From positions 1 through 64,000 of the IMG/VR virus record IMGVR_UViG_3300043419_000731: a DNA stretch of 64,000 bases. One strand, written 5' to 3'. Shown one piece after another: positions 1 through 10,551 of the stretch (position 1 is the stretch's first letter; each line of letters starts with the position of its first letter). The notes beneath the pieces are model-generated. The model made no database searches and was not told where the DNA came from. It saw only the letters and a list, made by a program, of their open reading frames with translations. This stretch comes from a virus. The position numbers were made by a program, and so were the translations under genes.

Positions 1-1
1 T

Positions 2-811
2 AGAACTAGCAAAGCAGGAAAGGGAGATGCAGCAGATCTCGTAAATACTGGAAAAGCAGCTGGAGTTCTTAAGGGTGACCTAAAGGGTGTTGATGTAGGA
101 ACTGAAGCTCTTAAACTAATGAATGGGCCTGTAGATGCAATCACTGCAGCACTTTCATCAAAGGGCATAACAATGGGCAGTGGTGATATTATTATTAATG
201 GTAAAAAGGTTGACCTTGGAGGAGATAAGCCAGTTACGCCAAAGACTGTAACTAAGCCAACAGGTGGTGGAAAGAGCAGTACAACAATTGATCCAAAATC
301 AACACTACCTCCAACTTTTTCTACAAATAAACAAGCAGATAAAGCAGCATCTGATCCTACAAAAAATACATTTACAAGTAGTGACGGATCTAAATGGTTC
401 CTAACATCTAATCCAAAATCAGGAGCCAAATGGACAAGTGGTACATGGAGCATACCAGCAGTCAAAGCTGGATATGGAACAATGAAGCTTGATCCAAAGA
501 TCCCAACAATTGTTGGAGATCGTGGTCCTGAAATGGCATTTGGAGGAATGATTATTCCTAATATGGCAAAGGTTCCATTTGCATCTCCAAGATATGATGT
601 TAATCAGGCAGCTAAGATGTTTGAGCCAATGGCTCCATCTTCAAGCGGAAGTGTAATCAATCTAACACAAAATATCTATCCATCAGATGGCATGAATACA
701 GATGCGTTTGTCAGACAAGTAGTATCAATGACAAAGCAAGCAATTGGACAAGATGCTAAGTTAAATGCTAAAATGGTTGGAACAACTAAGAATGTGAGCA
801 TCAAATCATGA
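2..811 (+). CDS. Tape measure protein, C-terminal part (5' truncated by window)
   Basis: Frame is open from position 2. C-terminal 'IVGDRGPEMAFGGMIIPN' and 'INLTQNIYP' segments are typical of tape-measure C-termini. Tail genes follow. Confidence 0.7.
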   Translation, partial: RTSKAGKGDAADLVNTGKAAGVLKGDLKGVDVGTEALKLMNGPVDAITAALSSKGITMGSGDIIINGKKVDLGGDKPVTPKTVTKPTGGGKSSTTIDPKSTLPPTFSTNKQADKAASDPTKNTFTSSDGSKWFLTSNPKSGAKWTSGTWSIPAVKAGYGTMKLDPKIPTIVGDRGPEMAFGGMIIPNMAKVPFASPRYDVNQAAKMFEPMAPSSSGSVINLTQNIYPSDGMNTDAFVRQVVSMTKQAIGQDAKLNAKMVGTTKNVSIKS

Positions 812-1269
812 CATTGACTTTACCAGTAGGCTCTGCCCTTTATATAGATACCTCTACAACAGACACTCCAACATGGGTGAAGTTGTCAGAGCATAACCGC
901 TCACCTATATCAATTGATACAAATAGAATTGAAAAGACTCAAAGAATGTCAGGCGGAACTTTAAGAAAAGTTTGGATTGCTGATAAGAAAACACTCAGTA
1001 CAAGCTGGAGTATGCTGCCAACAAATGATGCTGCCACCGTAGATGGCGGGTATGGAGCTGGATCCCTAAGATCATTCTATTATGGAGACAAGGGCAAGAA
1101 TACATTTAAGGTAAAGATTTCATATAATGGAGTTTCAGCAAGAGATGAGATATTGCTTATGTCATTTACCTCATGCTCATTTACTGTGGTTAAAAGAAAT
1201 GTAAAAGAAAAAAGCACAGATTCTCCACAAGAATTTTGGGATGTGTCAATCGGTCTGGAAGAAGTATAA
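808..1269 (+). CDS. Putative distal tail / minor tail protein
   Basis: Position directly after tape measure; beta-rich 153 aa; ATGA overlap. Confidence 0.5.
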   Translation: MTLTLPVGSALYIDTSTTDTPTWVKLSEHNRSPISIDTNRIEKTQRMSGGTLRKVWIADKKTLSTSWSMLPTNDAATVDGGYGAGSLRSFYYGDKGKNTFKVKISYNGVSARDEILLMSFTSCSFTVVKRNVKEKSTDSPQEFWDVSIGLEEV

Positions 1270-4200
1270 TGCTAACAGCTTCAACCGCCACAATAAATGC
1301 ATTAAATCAATCTCAATCTATCAACATTAAAAATGGATGCTGGATTGAGTATAACATGAATAGTCTAATTGATGGTAAAGCAATTACTGCTCCAGATGGA
1401 GTTTTAACTGTTACCAAAGAGGATGGGGCAGGAAATAAATATAAGCCTTTTGAAAAGCTATTTCCAATAACATCTATTATTGATCCAAGAAGGCCCAAGA
1501 CGGCTGGAATTAAATATATGATTGCAGGTGACCCAAGTCTAACAAAAGACGGTACATCTGGCGTAATAGATAAATATAAGACTGCAGCTAATTTTGCATC
1601 TAGACTATATTTCTCAGGCGCAAAAATGGTTTATAAATACTGGGTAACACCTGTGGCGTCTGGCACATCATTGTCTAATTGTGTATTGACTGCAACATAT
1701 CCTGCTAATAAAACTGCTGTTGCAAATAAGATAGTTGTTAAATTTGAAACATCACACTCTAAGCCAGTTAATTGGACTTTGAAGCTTGTAGGATTGACAG
1801 GCACCGAAACAACAATAGCAACAAATGTGGTTGTGCCAAGTAATGGAGTTGTTAATCTTTATTATAATGGTAGCGCATGGACAACAACAGAATTTACATC
1901 CCCGCCAGCTGGAGTTAATCTAAGTGCTCTAAAGCTTGAGATCTCATCACTAGATACATCGGGCGGGTATGTAGGAGTAATAGAGCTTTCACCTAGATAT
2001 GTAATAGATGCTACAAGCAGGTTAATATCTATGACAATAAACAAATCATCCTCAGATGATATATCTGGAATCATTCCAGTAGGAAATGTTACAGCAAACT
2101 CAATCTATATTGATCTAAATGCCTATGACAAGAACTATGAGTACTACGATAAGACTGTGGCATTTAATAAAGATAAACTTAACTTGTACAAAGACACAAT
2201 ACTTAGACCATTTGTGAATATAGGATCAGAAAAAATAAACCTTGGAATATTTTACACAGACTCATTTTCTGTCAGTGAGTTTGGAGATGTAAGTATAACT
2301 GGGCTAGATGGGGCTAAAGAGCTTCAGTATATAAAGCCACCAGATATTGTATGTGACAATATGACTTCAGTTGCCATTATTAGAAGACTCCTAGATTCAG
2401 TAGGATTTACAAACTATAATTTTAATTTAACAACAACTGATACAACCGTTATATCCCCATACCACTGGTATACAGATCAGTCCAAGACTGTCTGGGAGCA
2501 TATTCAGGATCTCTGTAAAGATACTCAAATGATAGCAACATTTGATGAGCTTGATGTTTTACAGTTTTATCCAAGAGATTATATCTTTAAAAAAGATAAG
2601 CAAACTAATTTAAAGCTAAGAGATAGAAATATTGGCAGCAACCTTGCAAACATATCTTCTATCTCAGTAGAAAATGTTCCATCCGTAAAGGCAGTTAAGA
2701 TAGTTTATACGCCACAACTTGTTAGCTCATATAGAGGAACAGGCGAAAATCTTTATGATGCTCCAGTGATTACTTTAGGTGCATCTGCAATTGTTAATGA
2801 CATATTGCCAACTCAGCCTTCTTATACAAATAACTCAGGTGAAGTTGCAGCACTAGGCGTTGTTTCTTGTGAGCCAGTAGTTCTCTCTGGTCTTGGATCA
2901 ACTCAGTATTCATTCAAAGGATATTTAGTAATTGAAAAAGAAATTATTGAATATGATGCAATAGAGTACAGCTACGCAGAGGTAGATACTGGAACAGTAA
3001 AATATAAGTGGATAACATCAGATTCAGATGTTGCAAAGTACCAGGGGCTTGCGAAGCCTTCAACATTCAAGCCTACAAATAATTATAGAATTAAAGCTAG
3101 GAATGCATTTGGTGTGCTTGGCCCAGTTACCTCTTCATACACTCAAGATATGATGAATAAGGACATGACGCACAAATTAGGAAATTCAGATGATGGATGG
3201 ACTCAGCTAGAGTGGGACTCCAAGACTGGAATATTTGCCTCAAGCCCAGGATCAATGGTTACAACAAGTATTCCAAGCTATGATCCAAAGGGTCCAGATA
3301 CACAAAAACTTTTATATAATGGCGTATCAAGATCAATGGCTACCCTTTTTGCTAATGACGTTACGTATGTGCCAAGCCCAGATCCAGCAAAGCCAACAGA
3401 AGATAAGTATATTCCAAATACATTTTATAAGATTGCAACAACTACAGCTCAATATACAGGAAGTGCAGACAAGGCTTTTGCTATAGGAGCAAACATGTAC
3501 TTCCCACTTACTGTTGATAAAACAACAAAGAACGTTACTGGCAACCAGATGACTGTAGCTGGACTTGCATTTTCATTAAGTGAAAATAATCAAAGTGGCT
3601 ACATGTTATCAATAGCTACATCTCAAAATAGCAATGGCGATAAAACATATAGGGATGTAAATTTTTATAAAATTGTTAATGGCAAGCCAGAGCCAATGAT
3701 TACAAGCCAAAAAGATACAGATGGGACTATCATTACAAATATTAATGGTGGAGATTTATATAAAGTAGAGATCAAAGCATTAGACATTATGAATGGTACA
3801 GATGAGAATAGGGTATTTAAGATTGCCCTAAATGGAAAGATCGTGGGTGTTACAGATGCTTCCCCTATACCTTTAACAAATAAAATAGGAATAGCTTCTC
3901 TTCAGGGCACAACATCATTTGACTACGTATATACCGCTAGCATTACTAAAGAAGAGTTTGGTCTGACTTCATCTTTTGACGCATACTCAGGATTCCTTTC
4001 TAGCAATTCATCAATGGTTAAAACATTTAGCGATTTTGTTTTTAATAAAACTGATAAGCCAAAGACAGAGGTGTGGCTAAGAGAATTTGGTCCAGTAGCT
4101 CGTGAGCTTAGAAGAATAAATGGCAGATACACAAATGCCCCAGGTTATCCTTTGTATCCATCAATTGTTCAGAATAATGATGTTACTCTAGTTGGCTCCT

Positions 4201-4676
4201 CACTTGATCCATTTACCATGGATATATTTGTCATGAATAATACTGGAGCTTTTGCAGACCTCGCTAATGGTCAAGAAAAATCATTTGTTGTGGTTGGAAA
4301 TCAAATTACGCCTTCTGACTCATTTGAATATATTGATCCAAAGCTTACTGATGAAGACAAGGCAGAAGGAATAGCGTTTGACTCAGTTTGGATTCAAAAA
4401 GAATCTGAAGCGGAAAGCCTATCAAAATGGATTACTGGACAATGGTCTAAGCAGCAGAAGGTGGTAAGTGTAGAGACATTTATAAACCCTCTAATTCAGA
4501 TTGGCGATGTAGTTGAAATATCATATCCTTCAAGCCAGCTATACTCATCTGAAGATACAAATCCAGCATACGCTGTTGGCAAATATATAGTGTTAACTGT
4601 AGAGAATAACTATGATGATACAAGTGCTCCAGTTACTAATTTAATGTGTAGATCAATCTACACTGAAATGGTATAA
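1269..4676 (+). CDS. Large minor tail / baseplate hub-like protein
   Basis: About 1135 aa from ATG 1269 (TAATG overlap). C-terminal 'NPLIQIGDVVEISY' hub-type motif. Tail context. Confidence 0.6.
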   Translation: MLTASTATINALNQSQSINIKNGCWIEYNMNSLIDGKAITAPDGVLTVTKEDGAGNKYKPFEKLFPITSIIDPRRPKTAGIKYMIAGDPSLTKDGTSGVIDKYKTAANFASRLYFSGAKMVYKYWVTPVASGTSLSNCVLTATYPANKTAVANKIVVKFETSHSKPVNWTLKLVGLTGTETTIATNVVVPSNGVVNLYYNGSAWTTTEFTSPPAGVNLSALKLEISSLDTSGGYVGVIELSPRYVIDATSRLISMTINKSSSDDISGIIPVGNVTANSIYIDLNAYDKNYEYYDKTVAFNKDKLNLYKDTILRPFVNIGSEKINLGIFYTDSFSVSEFGDVSITGLDGAKELQYIKPPDIVCDNMTSVAIIRRLLDSVGFTNYNFNLTTTDTTVISPYHWYTDQSKTVWEHIQDLCKDTQMIATFDELDVLQFYPRDYIFKKDKQTNLKLRDRNIGSNLANISSISVENVPSVKAVKIVYTPQLVSSYRGTGENLYDAPVITLGASAIVNDILPTQPSYTNNSGEVAALGVVSCEPVVLSGLGSTQYSFKGYLVIEKEIIEYDAIEYSYAEVDTGTVKYKWITSDSDVAKYQGLAKPSTFKPTNNYRIKARNAFGVLGPVTSSYTQDMMNKDMTHKLGNSDDGWTQLEWDSKTGIFASSPGSMVTTSIPSYDPKGPDTQKLLYNGVSRSMATLFANDVTYVPSPDPAKPTEDKYIPNTFYKIATTTAQYTGSADKAFAIGANMYFPLTVDKTTKNVTGNQMTVAGLAFSLSENNQSGYMLSIATSQNSNGDKTYRDVNFYKIVNGKPEPMITSQKDTDGTIITNINGGDLYKVEIKALDIMNGTDENRVFKIALNGKIVGVTDASPIPLTNKIGIASLQGTTSFDYVYTASITKEEFGLTSSFDAYSGFLSSNSSMVKTFSDFVFNKTDKPKTEVWLREFGPVARELRRINGRYTNAPGYPLYPSIVQNNDVTLVGSSLDPFTMDIFVMNNTGAFADLANGQEKSFVVVGNQITPSDSFEYIDPKLTDEDKAEGIAFDSVWIQKESEAESLSKWITGQWSKQQKVVSVETFINPLIQIGDVVEISYPSSQLYSSEDTNPAYAVGKYIVLTVENNYDDTSAPVTNLMCRSIYTEMV

Positions 4677-4683
4677 TGTTAAT
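4672..4683 (+). promoter_or_regulatory. Extended -10 promoter TGgTATAAT, 6 nt before ATG 4684 (leaderless type)
   Basis: TATAAT 4672-4677, then GTTAAT, then ATG. Confidence 0.6.
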
Positions 4684-5046
4684 ATGAGCAATCAAAAACA
4701 ACAAGCATCCAAGCTACCTAAATCCAAAAAGCTATTGCTATTCCCAGGCGATAAGCTTATTAACGTATTGAACCCAGACCTTTATATAATTGTTGATCCT
4801 TCAACTCTTACCCAGGCGGAGATTCAAGGCATTCAGGATGACATTGATGATTTTATTGATGATGACGAGACAGAAACTGAAGTTGAAGATGCCTCAAATT
4901 TAGATGCCCCAAACCTTGAGGACATTAAATTAATTAGCAAAACATTGGTTACAGATGGAAATAAAAATCAATATGTAGAATTTAAGTTTAATATTAAAAA
5001 TCACGTTGGAGAAGAAGTAATAGGAGTAAATGGATATGGACAATAA
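4684..5046 (+). CDS. Hypothetical acidic protein (tail module)
   Basis: ORF in tail cluster, D/E-rich. Confidence 0.55.
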   Translation: MSNQKQQASKLPKSKKLLLFPGDKLINVLNPDLYIIVDPSTLTQAEIQGIQDDIDDFIDDDETETEVEDASNLDAPNLEDIKLISKTLVTDGNKNQYVEFKFNIKNHVGEEVIGVNGYGQ

Positions 5047-5992
5047 TCTTTCATTAGCTGGAGAGTATCGCTTCTATGAAGACGGTAAAGAAATTTATAG
5101 ATCTAAAAACATTCTTACAAAGTTTGGCAAAAGATACTTAACTCAATACCTTGCTGGTAAAGCTACCACTAACGCTAAAGATATTGCAGTTGGCATTGGT
5201 TCAAGCACACCTTCAGAAAATAACACAGGGCTAGATTTTGAGTTCTATAGATCTCAAGTAAATCTTTCCAGCGTTGATATTCAGACAAGTGCTACAACTG
5301 GGTTGAGTACCTATGGCGTTGTATATAAGACAACTCTTCCAGTGGAGCTTGCAGGAATAATTTCAGAGATAGGCCTGTTCCCTAGCGTGACTTTAGGGGC
5401 TACAGATTATGCAAGCAAGTCAATATCTAATTTTTCTGACTACCAGCAGTGGACTGATGATGACGGGGAATACTCAATATTAGTTACTACTCCAACACCA
5501 AGAAACGGCTCTAATCATTTATCATTAACTGCAGCTTCAGCATCTATCAATCAGTACTCAGCAAATATAGAGTTAGACATAACTGGTTATAGTCCAAATG
5601 ACAGCTTAACTATTGCTTACGTACAAAATGATCTTAACCTAGACTATACATTTGTAAGGCTATATAGTTCATCTACAGACTATTATGAAATAAGATACCC
5701 AGGAGAAACATCAATTGGAGACAAGATATCCTCATTGACATTAAACAATTTATATTCAAGCGGATACGGAAGCGGAACACCAGACAGCTCCTCGATAATT
5801 AAGATATCAATAGGAGCAAGAGCAAAGTCATCAGGAGCAACAACAGTGCTCTTAGATGGCGTAAGAATTAACGATGAAGATTCATTTAGATCAGACTATG
5901 GTTTAATAAGTAGATCAAAGCTGACCAACCCAATTACAAAATCAATTGGTAGACAAATGGATATCGAATACAGACTAGGACTATCATTCTAA
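5030..5992 (+). CDS. Virion structural / tail protein
   Basis: N-terminal 'KNILTKFGKRYLTQYLAG..DIAVGIGS..TGLDFEFYR' resembles phage baseplate/tail-collar N-termini. Confidence 0.55.
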   Translation: MDMDNNLSLAGEYRFYEDGKEIYRSKNILTKFGKRYLTQYLAGKATTNAKDIAVGIGSSTPSENNTGLDFEFYRSQVNLSSVDIQTSATTGLSTYGVVYKTTLPVELAGIISEIGLFPSVTLGATDYASKSISNFSDYQQWTDDDGEYSILVTTPTPRNGSNHLSLTAASASINQYSANIELDITGYSPNDSLTIAYVQNDLNLDYTFVRLYSSSTDYYEIRYPGETSIGDKISSLTLNNLYSSGYGSGTPDSSSIIKISIGARAKSSGATTVLLDGVRINDEDSFRSDYGLISRSKLTNPITKSIGRQMDIEYRLGLSF

Positions 5993-5993
5993 A

Positions 5994-8639
5994 ATGACAA
6001 CCTCATCTTGGTATAAAGGGCCAGCTCCAGACTTACAAAAAACAGAAGGCGATGCCGCTACAGCTGCGGGCACAACTACTGCTGGCTCATATGACAAGAT
6101 AATTAGACTTCCTCTTGTAAAGAATAAAAAATATAAGTTTTGGTTTACATACCTGTACGAAGATGCAGAAACCAAGAAAATAACAGAGGGACCAAGATCT
6201 CCAATAGTTGAATCTGCTTTTGATATTCCAAACCTAACAAAACCAGTACTAAACCTAACAGTAACTGCGTCATATAGAGCATACGGAGTTAAGTTTGATT
6301 TTGACCCCACTAGCGTTCAAGAAGATGTTATTATATATGAAAGCCTAACAGGTTTATTTGCTGGAGAAGAATATATCGTTTATGTTGGAAACTCTACAAA
6401 CGTAACAATTCAGACGGGCAGCACAGCTAAGAGATGGGTTAAAGTTGTTGTAAGAGACAAGTGGCTAGACACCAACAGATCTTCATCTGCTATTGTTGAA
6501 GTTACTCCATTAAATCCAGACCCAGACACAACCTTTACGGTTGCAAATCCAACAACAGCTACCGCTTCAGCATCAATTGATCCAAAAGATTTGAGCGGAT
6601 TTAGCGTTGTATCAACAATTAACTGGGCGGTATCAGCTGATACAAGAGCTGCAGGATATTCAATTAGATGGTCTACAACAAATCCATCAACAGGAACACC
6701 ATTGTGGGAGTATGCATCAGTTGCAGGAAGAACTACAAACACCTATACAGCAACAGGGCTAATCCCAAATACAACTTATTATTACCAAGTAACCTCAGTT
6801 ACTCCATACGACGTGCCAAACTGGACAGGCGTAGAGACAAGAACATTTATAGCATCAGATGCAGATGGAACAGCAGCAGGAGCTTTAGCAAGACTTAAAT
6901 CCTTTATAGCGATTGGCGGAGTTTCACAGGATCTGTTTAAAATAGGAACGGGAATTGCACAAAGTATTAATCTTAATACAGAGCCTTTAGCAAGCCCAAC
7001 ATTAACCGCAGGTACATATCACGGTATCATATTAAATAAATCAACAACAAATGTTGGTAACAATTTTTGGCTAACAACTGGGCAATTCAGAGTTGGAAAC
7101 TCAACAGAGTTTATGTATTGGAACGGTACAGATTTAAATCTTACTGGAAACATTAATGCTACAGGTGGTAAGTTCACTGGAAACGTACAGCTAGCCGTAC
7201 CTACTGGTGGAACAACAAGCGGATCCCTGTATGCTGGAGCATCAGCAACATCTGGGGCCAGACTAAGGCTTAATGATCAAGGTTTATTTGCATACGATGG
7301 ATTAGCTACAGATGCTACAGTTTCAATTACAAAAGATGGAACCATTGATGCCCGTAAGGGATATATCGGTGGCTGGACTATTGCTGCTACATCTCAAACA
7401 TCAGGAACAATATCTAGAAATAACACAATTCTTGATAGCAATGGAAATATTACAGTCGGAGATAAAACTGGAACTGTAGGTTCTGCAGTTAGACTTAGTG
7501 CAACTGATCCTACATATAGAATTTGGGTAGGATCAACATCATCATCAAATGCTCCATTTAGAGTAGATGCAAATGGTAAGCTTTATGCAACAGGTGCAGT
7601 ATTTACATCTTCTTCAATTGATGGTTATGCTACTACGGCTGCATTGGGAAATTATGCTACAACTGCAACCGTCACACCAATTGGCACAAAAGCACAGTCG
7701 GCGTATGATAAAGCTGTTGCCAATGAGTCTGGTCTGACTGCATTACAAAACAGAACTACTAATGCCGAGAATGCTATAGCATTAAAAGTTTCTGCCACAG
7801 CAGTAGCAGATGCTATAAACAATAATACAACAACAATTAATGGCGCTAAGATAACTACTGGAACAATTGAGCTTAATACATTAAAGGTTGTTGGAAATAC
7901 TACAAATGGGTTATTTATTGACAATAATGGAATTAGAGGATACTCTGGGTCTGTAAATACATTCAGCCTATCTTCAACAGGCTCTCTTTCAGTAAGAGGT
8001 AATATTTTTGCTACTTCAGGAAATGTGGGAGGCTTTGCACTAGGAGCTGCCGACATGACAGCAGCAACAAATACTTACCCTAGAATCATATTTGGAAATA
8101 AGGTTTTATTAGGATCAATTGATCTAGGTGCAGACTTTGGATTAAGAATTGGCAACCCTTATGGAACAGCTGGGCAATCATTTAGAGTAAATACTGCAGA
8201 TAACGTAAATAGAATTACTGTAGACAGTGCTGATAAAGTTTATGCTGCAGAAATTAGAAATATTGTAAGAGCGGTTGGCTTCAGGCATATGGGAGATGGA
8301 TTTGTTTCAGATTCATCTGCTAGATATAAAGAAAATATAACAGAGGTTCCCAAAAGATACTATGAAAGAATTTTAGATGTACCAATCAATTTTTATACAT
8401 ATAAGTATGATAACAATGAAATACCAGAAGAGATGTGGGGCACACACAGCTTTGGCCCAATAGCAGAGGATATCGATTCCTCTGGCCTAGGATACTTTAT
8501 TCAAAGAGATCTTGATGGGAAAATAACTTCATTTAAAAATGAACAAAAGTATCCTTTCTTGTTAATACCAATAGTGCGTGATTTAAAATTAAAAATTGAA
8601 GAGATGGAAGCAAAGATATTAGAACTGGAGAGTAGATAG
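5994..8639 (+). CDS. Tail fibre / receptor-binding protein with FN3-like domain and C-terminal intramolecular chaperone (peptidase S74-like)
   Basis: FN3-like 'YTATGLIPNTTYYYQVTSV'; GxIxAxxGxIGGW repeats; 'SDSSARYKENI..FYTYK..GPIAED' followed by coiled-coil C-terminus. Confidence 0.75.
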   Translation: MTTSSWYKGPAPDLQKTEGDAATAAGTTTAGSYDKIIRLPLVKNKKYKFWFTYLYEDAETKKITEGPRSPIVESAFDIPNLTKPVLNLTVTASYRAYGVKFDFDPTSVQEDVIIYESLTGLFAGEEYIVYVGNSTNVTIQTGSTAKRWVKVVVRDKWLDTNRSSSAIVEVTPLNPDPDTTFTVANPTTATASASIDPKDLSGFSVVSTINWAVSADTRAAGYSIRWSTTNPSTGTPLWEYASVAGRTTNTYTATGLIPNTTYYYQVTSVTPYDVPNWTGVETRTFIASDADGTAAGALARLKSFIAIGGVSQDLFKIGTGIAQSINLNTEPLASPTLTAGTYHGIILNKSTTNVGNNFWLTTGQFRVGNSTEFMYWNGTDLNLTGNINATGGKFTGNVQLAVPTGGTTSGSLYAGASATSGARLRLNDQGLFAYDGLATDATVSITKDGTIDARKGYIGGWTIAATSQTSGTISRNNTILDSNGNITVGDKTGTVGSAVRLSATDPTYRIWVGSTSSSNAPFRVDANGKLYATGAVFTSSSIDGYATTAALGNYATTATVTPIGTKAQSAYDKAVANESGLTALQNRTTNAENAIALKVSATAVADAINNNTTTINGAKITTGTIELNTLKVVGNTTNGLFIDNNGIRGYSGSVNTFSLSSTGSLSVRGNIFATSGNVGGFALGAADMTAATNTYPRIIFGNKVLLGSIDLGADFGLRIGNPYGTAGQSFRVNTADNVNRITVDSADKVYAAEIRNIVRAVGFRHMGDGFVSDSSARYKENITEVPKRYYERILDVPINFYTYKYDNNEIPEEMWGTHSFGPIAEDIDSSGLGYFIQRDLDGKITSFKNEQKYPFLLIPIVRDLKLKIEEMEAKILELESR

Positions 8640-8842
8640 TGTTTAAGTTTTGGTGCTCCATATGCATAGACGATAAAGAGATGTATGCTGAATCAATAGA
8701 TAATGGCTGGGGCTATGCAAACTGCCCAGATTGTGGAACTTCTTTAAAAGAACCATTTTCAAGGCATAGCGGAATAACAGATGAAGAGATGACTACTGAA
8801 TCTTATAGATTACTGCATGGGCTAGACAACAATACGCCATAA
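8639..8842 (+). CDS. Small zinc-ribbon protein
   Basis: CxxC...CxxC; GTG start. Confidence 0.5.
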   Translation: MFKFWCSICIDDKEMYAESIDNGWGYANCPDCGTSLKEPFSRHSGITDEEMTTESYRLLHGLDNNTP

Positions 8843-8873
8843 TGGTATACTGTAAATCTATCAAGGAGATATA

Positions 8874-9035
8874 ATGGATAACAAACTAGAACTAGTAGCA
8901 CAGGCTTTACAGCAACGTGTAGGCGAGATTGTCTCACAATATGAGACTCATGTTGCATTGCTTCGTGCTGAAATAACACAATTAACAGAACAAATTAAAT
9001 CACAGGAAGTTCCAGCGGAACAACCAAAGGAGTAA
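8874..9035 (+). CDS. Small coiled-coil protein (53 aa, MDNKLELVAQALQQRVGE...)
   Basis: Read manually; AAGGAG RBS. Confidence 0.65.
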   Translation: MDNKLELVAQALQQRVGEIVSQYETHVALLRAEITQLTEQIKSQEVPAEQPKE

Positions 9036-9038
9036 AAA

Positions 9039-9479
9039 ATGGCAATTGACCCAATGAAAATAGCTGCAGGAGATCCAGTGACATCGGATCTAATTGCTAC
9101 AATTATTAAGAATATTAATACGTTGTCAACTCCAGCAGCTACTACAAACATAAATATAGAAAACGCTGGTGCAAAGCAGCCAGCGGCAACTGTATCTTCA
9201 ACTGTTCTTGCAAAAGAAGGAAGCAAGGCAGTTAAGTCATCAGATAAAGGCGGGTCAAAGGCTACAGTTAAATTTGGTCAAACATTTAATGGAACACCAC
9301 ACGTCTGGGTACAAATAAATACTATTGGGCAATCTTCTCCATCATGGGCTAACTGCCAGGTATTTCCACAGATTGAAAGCATAACTGCAACAGATGCAGT
9401 AATTAGATTCAGAACAAATACAGCAAACACCACAGTTAAATATACATTGTTTGCTGCAGGAGAAATAGCTAGCAAATAA
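9039..9479 (+). CDS. Tail-associated protein with H-type lectin-like / gp53-like C-terminal domain
   Basis: 'TVKFGQTFNGTPHVWVQ...ESITATDAVIRF' pattern; AAGGAG RBS. Confidence 0.5.
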   Translation: MAIDPMKIAAGDPVTSDLIATIIKNINTLSTPAATTNINIENAGAKQPAATVSSTVLAKEGSKAVKSSDKGGSKATVKFGQTFNGTPHVWVQINTIGQSSPSWANCQVFPQIESITATDAVIRFRTNTANTTVKYTLFAAGEIASK

Positions 9480-9480
9480 G

Positions 9481-9511
9481 CTATTGACAAGCTAAATCAA
9501 TATGTTACACT
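9481..9511 (+). promoter_or_regulatory. Sigma70/SigA-type promoter CTATTGACA-N16-TACACT
   Basis: TTGACA 9484-9489; TGtTACACT 9503-9511. Confidence 0.6.
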
Positions 9512-9523
9512 TAGCGTAACATT

Positions 9524-9548
9524 AAAGTCACGTACCCGTGACTTTTTT
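9524..9548 (+). terminator. Intrinsic terminator-like hairpin AAAGTCAC-gtaccc-GTGACTTTTTT
   Basis: 8-bp stem followed by T run. Confidence 0.6.
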
Positions 9549-9565
9549 ACATATTAAGGTAGATA

Positions 9566-10366
9566 ATGAGTAACGATTTAAAGTGGATGATTTCATCCGA
9601 CCAGCAGTTCCCATATCAGGATGACAAGATGATCGCACTTTGGTTTAAGGTCATGAAGTGGTTTAAGCCAGATGTCGTTGACTACCTTGGCGATACAGAT
9701 GATCAGGCTTGCTACAGCAAGTATACAGAGGGACGCTCAGCAGAGTTTTTAAATTATCACAAGAATGATAGCAAGGACTTGATTGTTCCAATGATGCGCC
9801 ATGAAGCAAAAGGCGCTAGAGACTTTTATGCAAAGACAAGAGATATGCTACCAGATGCTCAGCTGTTCTCTGCTCTAGGCAATCACGATATTAGAGTATT
9901 TAATTATGTAGATGCAAAGCTTCCAGACTACATCTCAGAGGTTACACCAGAGGCTTTATGGAGCTTAGACTCATTGGGATACGAGTACATCTATTACAAT
10001 GAATTGCCAAAGCGCCGTTTTGGAGATATCCATGTTCATCATGGACTATCAATTGCTGCAACTGGTTCTGTTCGCAAGGACATGGAAGACTTGCAGATCT
10101 CTCTTATTCGAGGTCACTCACATAGAATTGCTTCCCATCTGGTTACATATGAACTTAGAAATAATGGCGAGGGAGAAACTCTTAGAGGCTATGAGCTAGG
10201 GCACATGTGTGATGAAAAGTCTGACGGCATGAAGTATATGCAACACCACGACTGGCAGAAGGGTTTTGCAATTGCTCATATTGTAAATGATTACCCACAT
10301 ATTCAGATGATTCATGTGGCTCCAGATTATTCATGCGTAGTGGATGGAAAGTTGTTTACTCTATAA
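9566..10366 (+). CDS. Calcineurin-like metallophosphoesterase
   Basis: SDxQ, LGDxxD, GNHD, HHG and GHSHR motifs. Confidence 0.85.
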   Translation: MSNDLKWMISSDQQFPYQDDKMIALWFKVMKWFKPDVVDYLGDTDDQACYSKYTEGRSAEFLNYHKNDSKDLIVPMMRHEAKGARDFYAKTRDMLPDAQLFSALGNHDIRVFNYVDAKLPDYISEVTPEALWSLDSLGYEYIYYNELPKRRFGDIHVHHGLSIAATGSVRKDMEDLQISLIRGHSHRIASHLVTYELRNNGEGETLRGYELGHMCDEKSDGMKYMQHHDWQKGFAIAHIVNDYPHIQMIHVAPDYSCVVDGKLFTL

Positions 10367-10551
10367 TGTGGTGCGGTAAATGCAAGGGTAGAGTTTTTGT
10401 AGATAGAGTATTTTCACAGAAACTACATATGGAACTGTTTTGCATCATGTGCGGGAAACGCTGGATGATTAATAAGGAAACGAGTGCTTTCGGTAAATGG
10501 CTAGATCAAAAAGAGACAGCAAATCAAAAGTTTTACGGTATTTCTTCTTAA
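10366..10551 (+). CDS. Zinc-ribbon protein (MWCGKCKG...CIMCG)
   Basis: Two CxxC pairs; ATG at 10366. Confidence 0.65.
   Translation: MWCGKCKGRVFVDRVFSQKLHMELFCIMCGKRWMINKETSAFGKWLDQKETANQKFYGISS

Noticed and set aside
5994-8639. Diversity-generating retroelement targeting the tail fibre
   Set aside because: No reverse transcriptase and no TR/VR near-duplicate differing only at adenines within the window.
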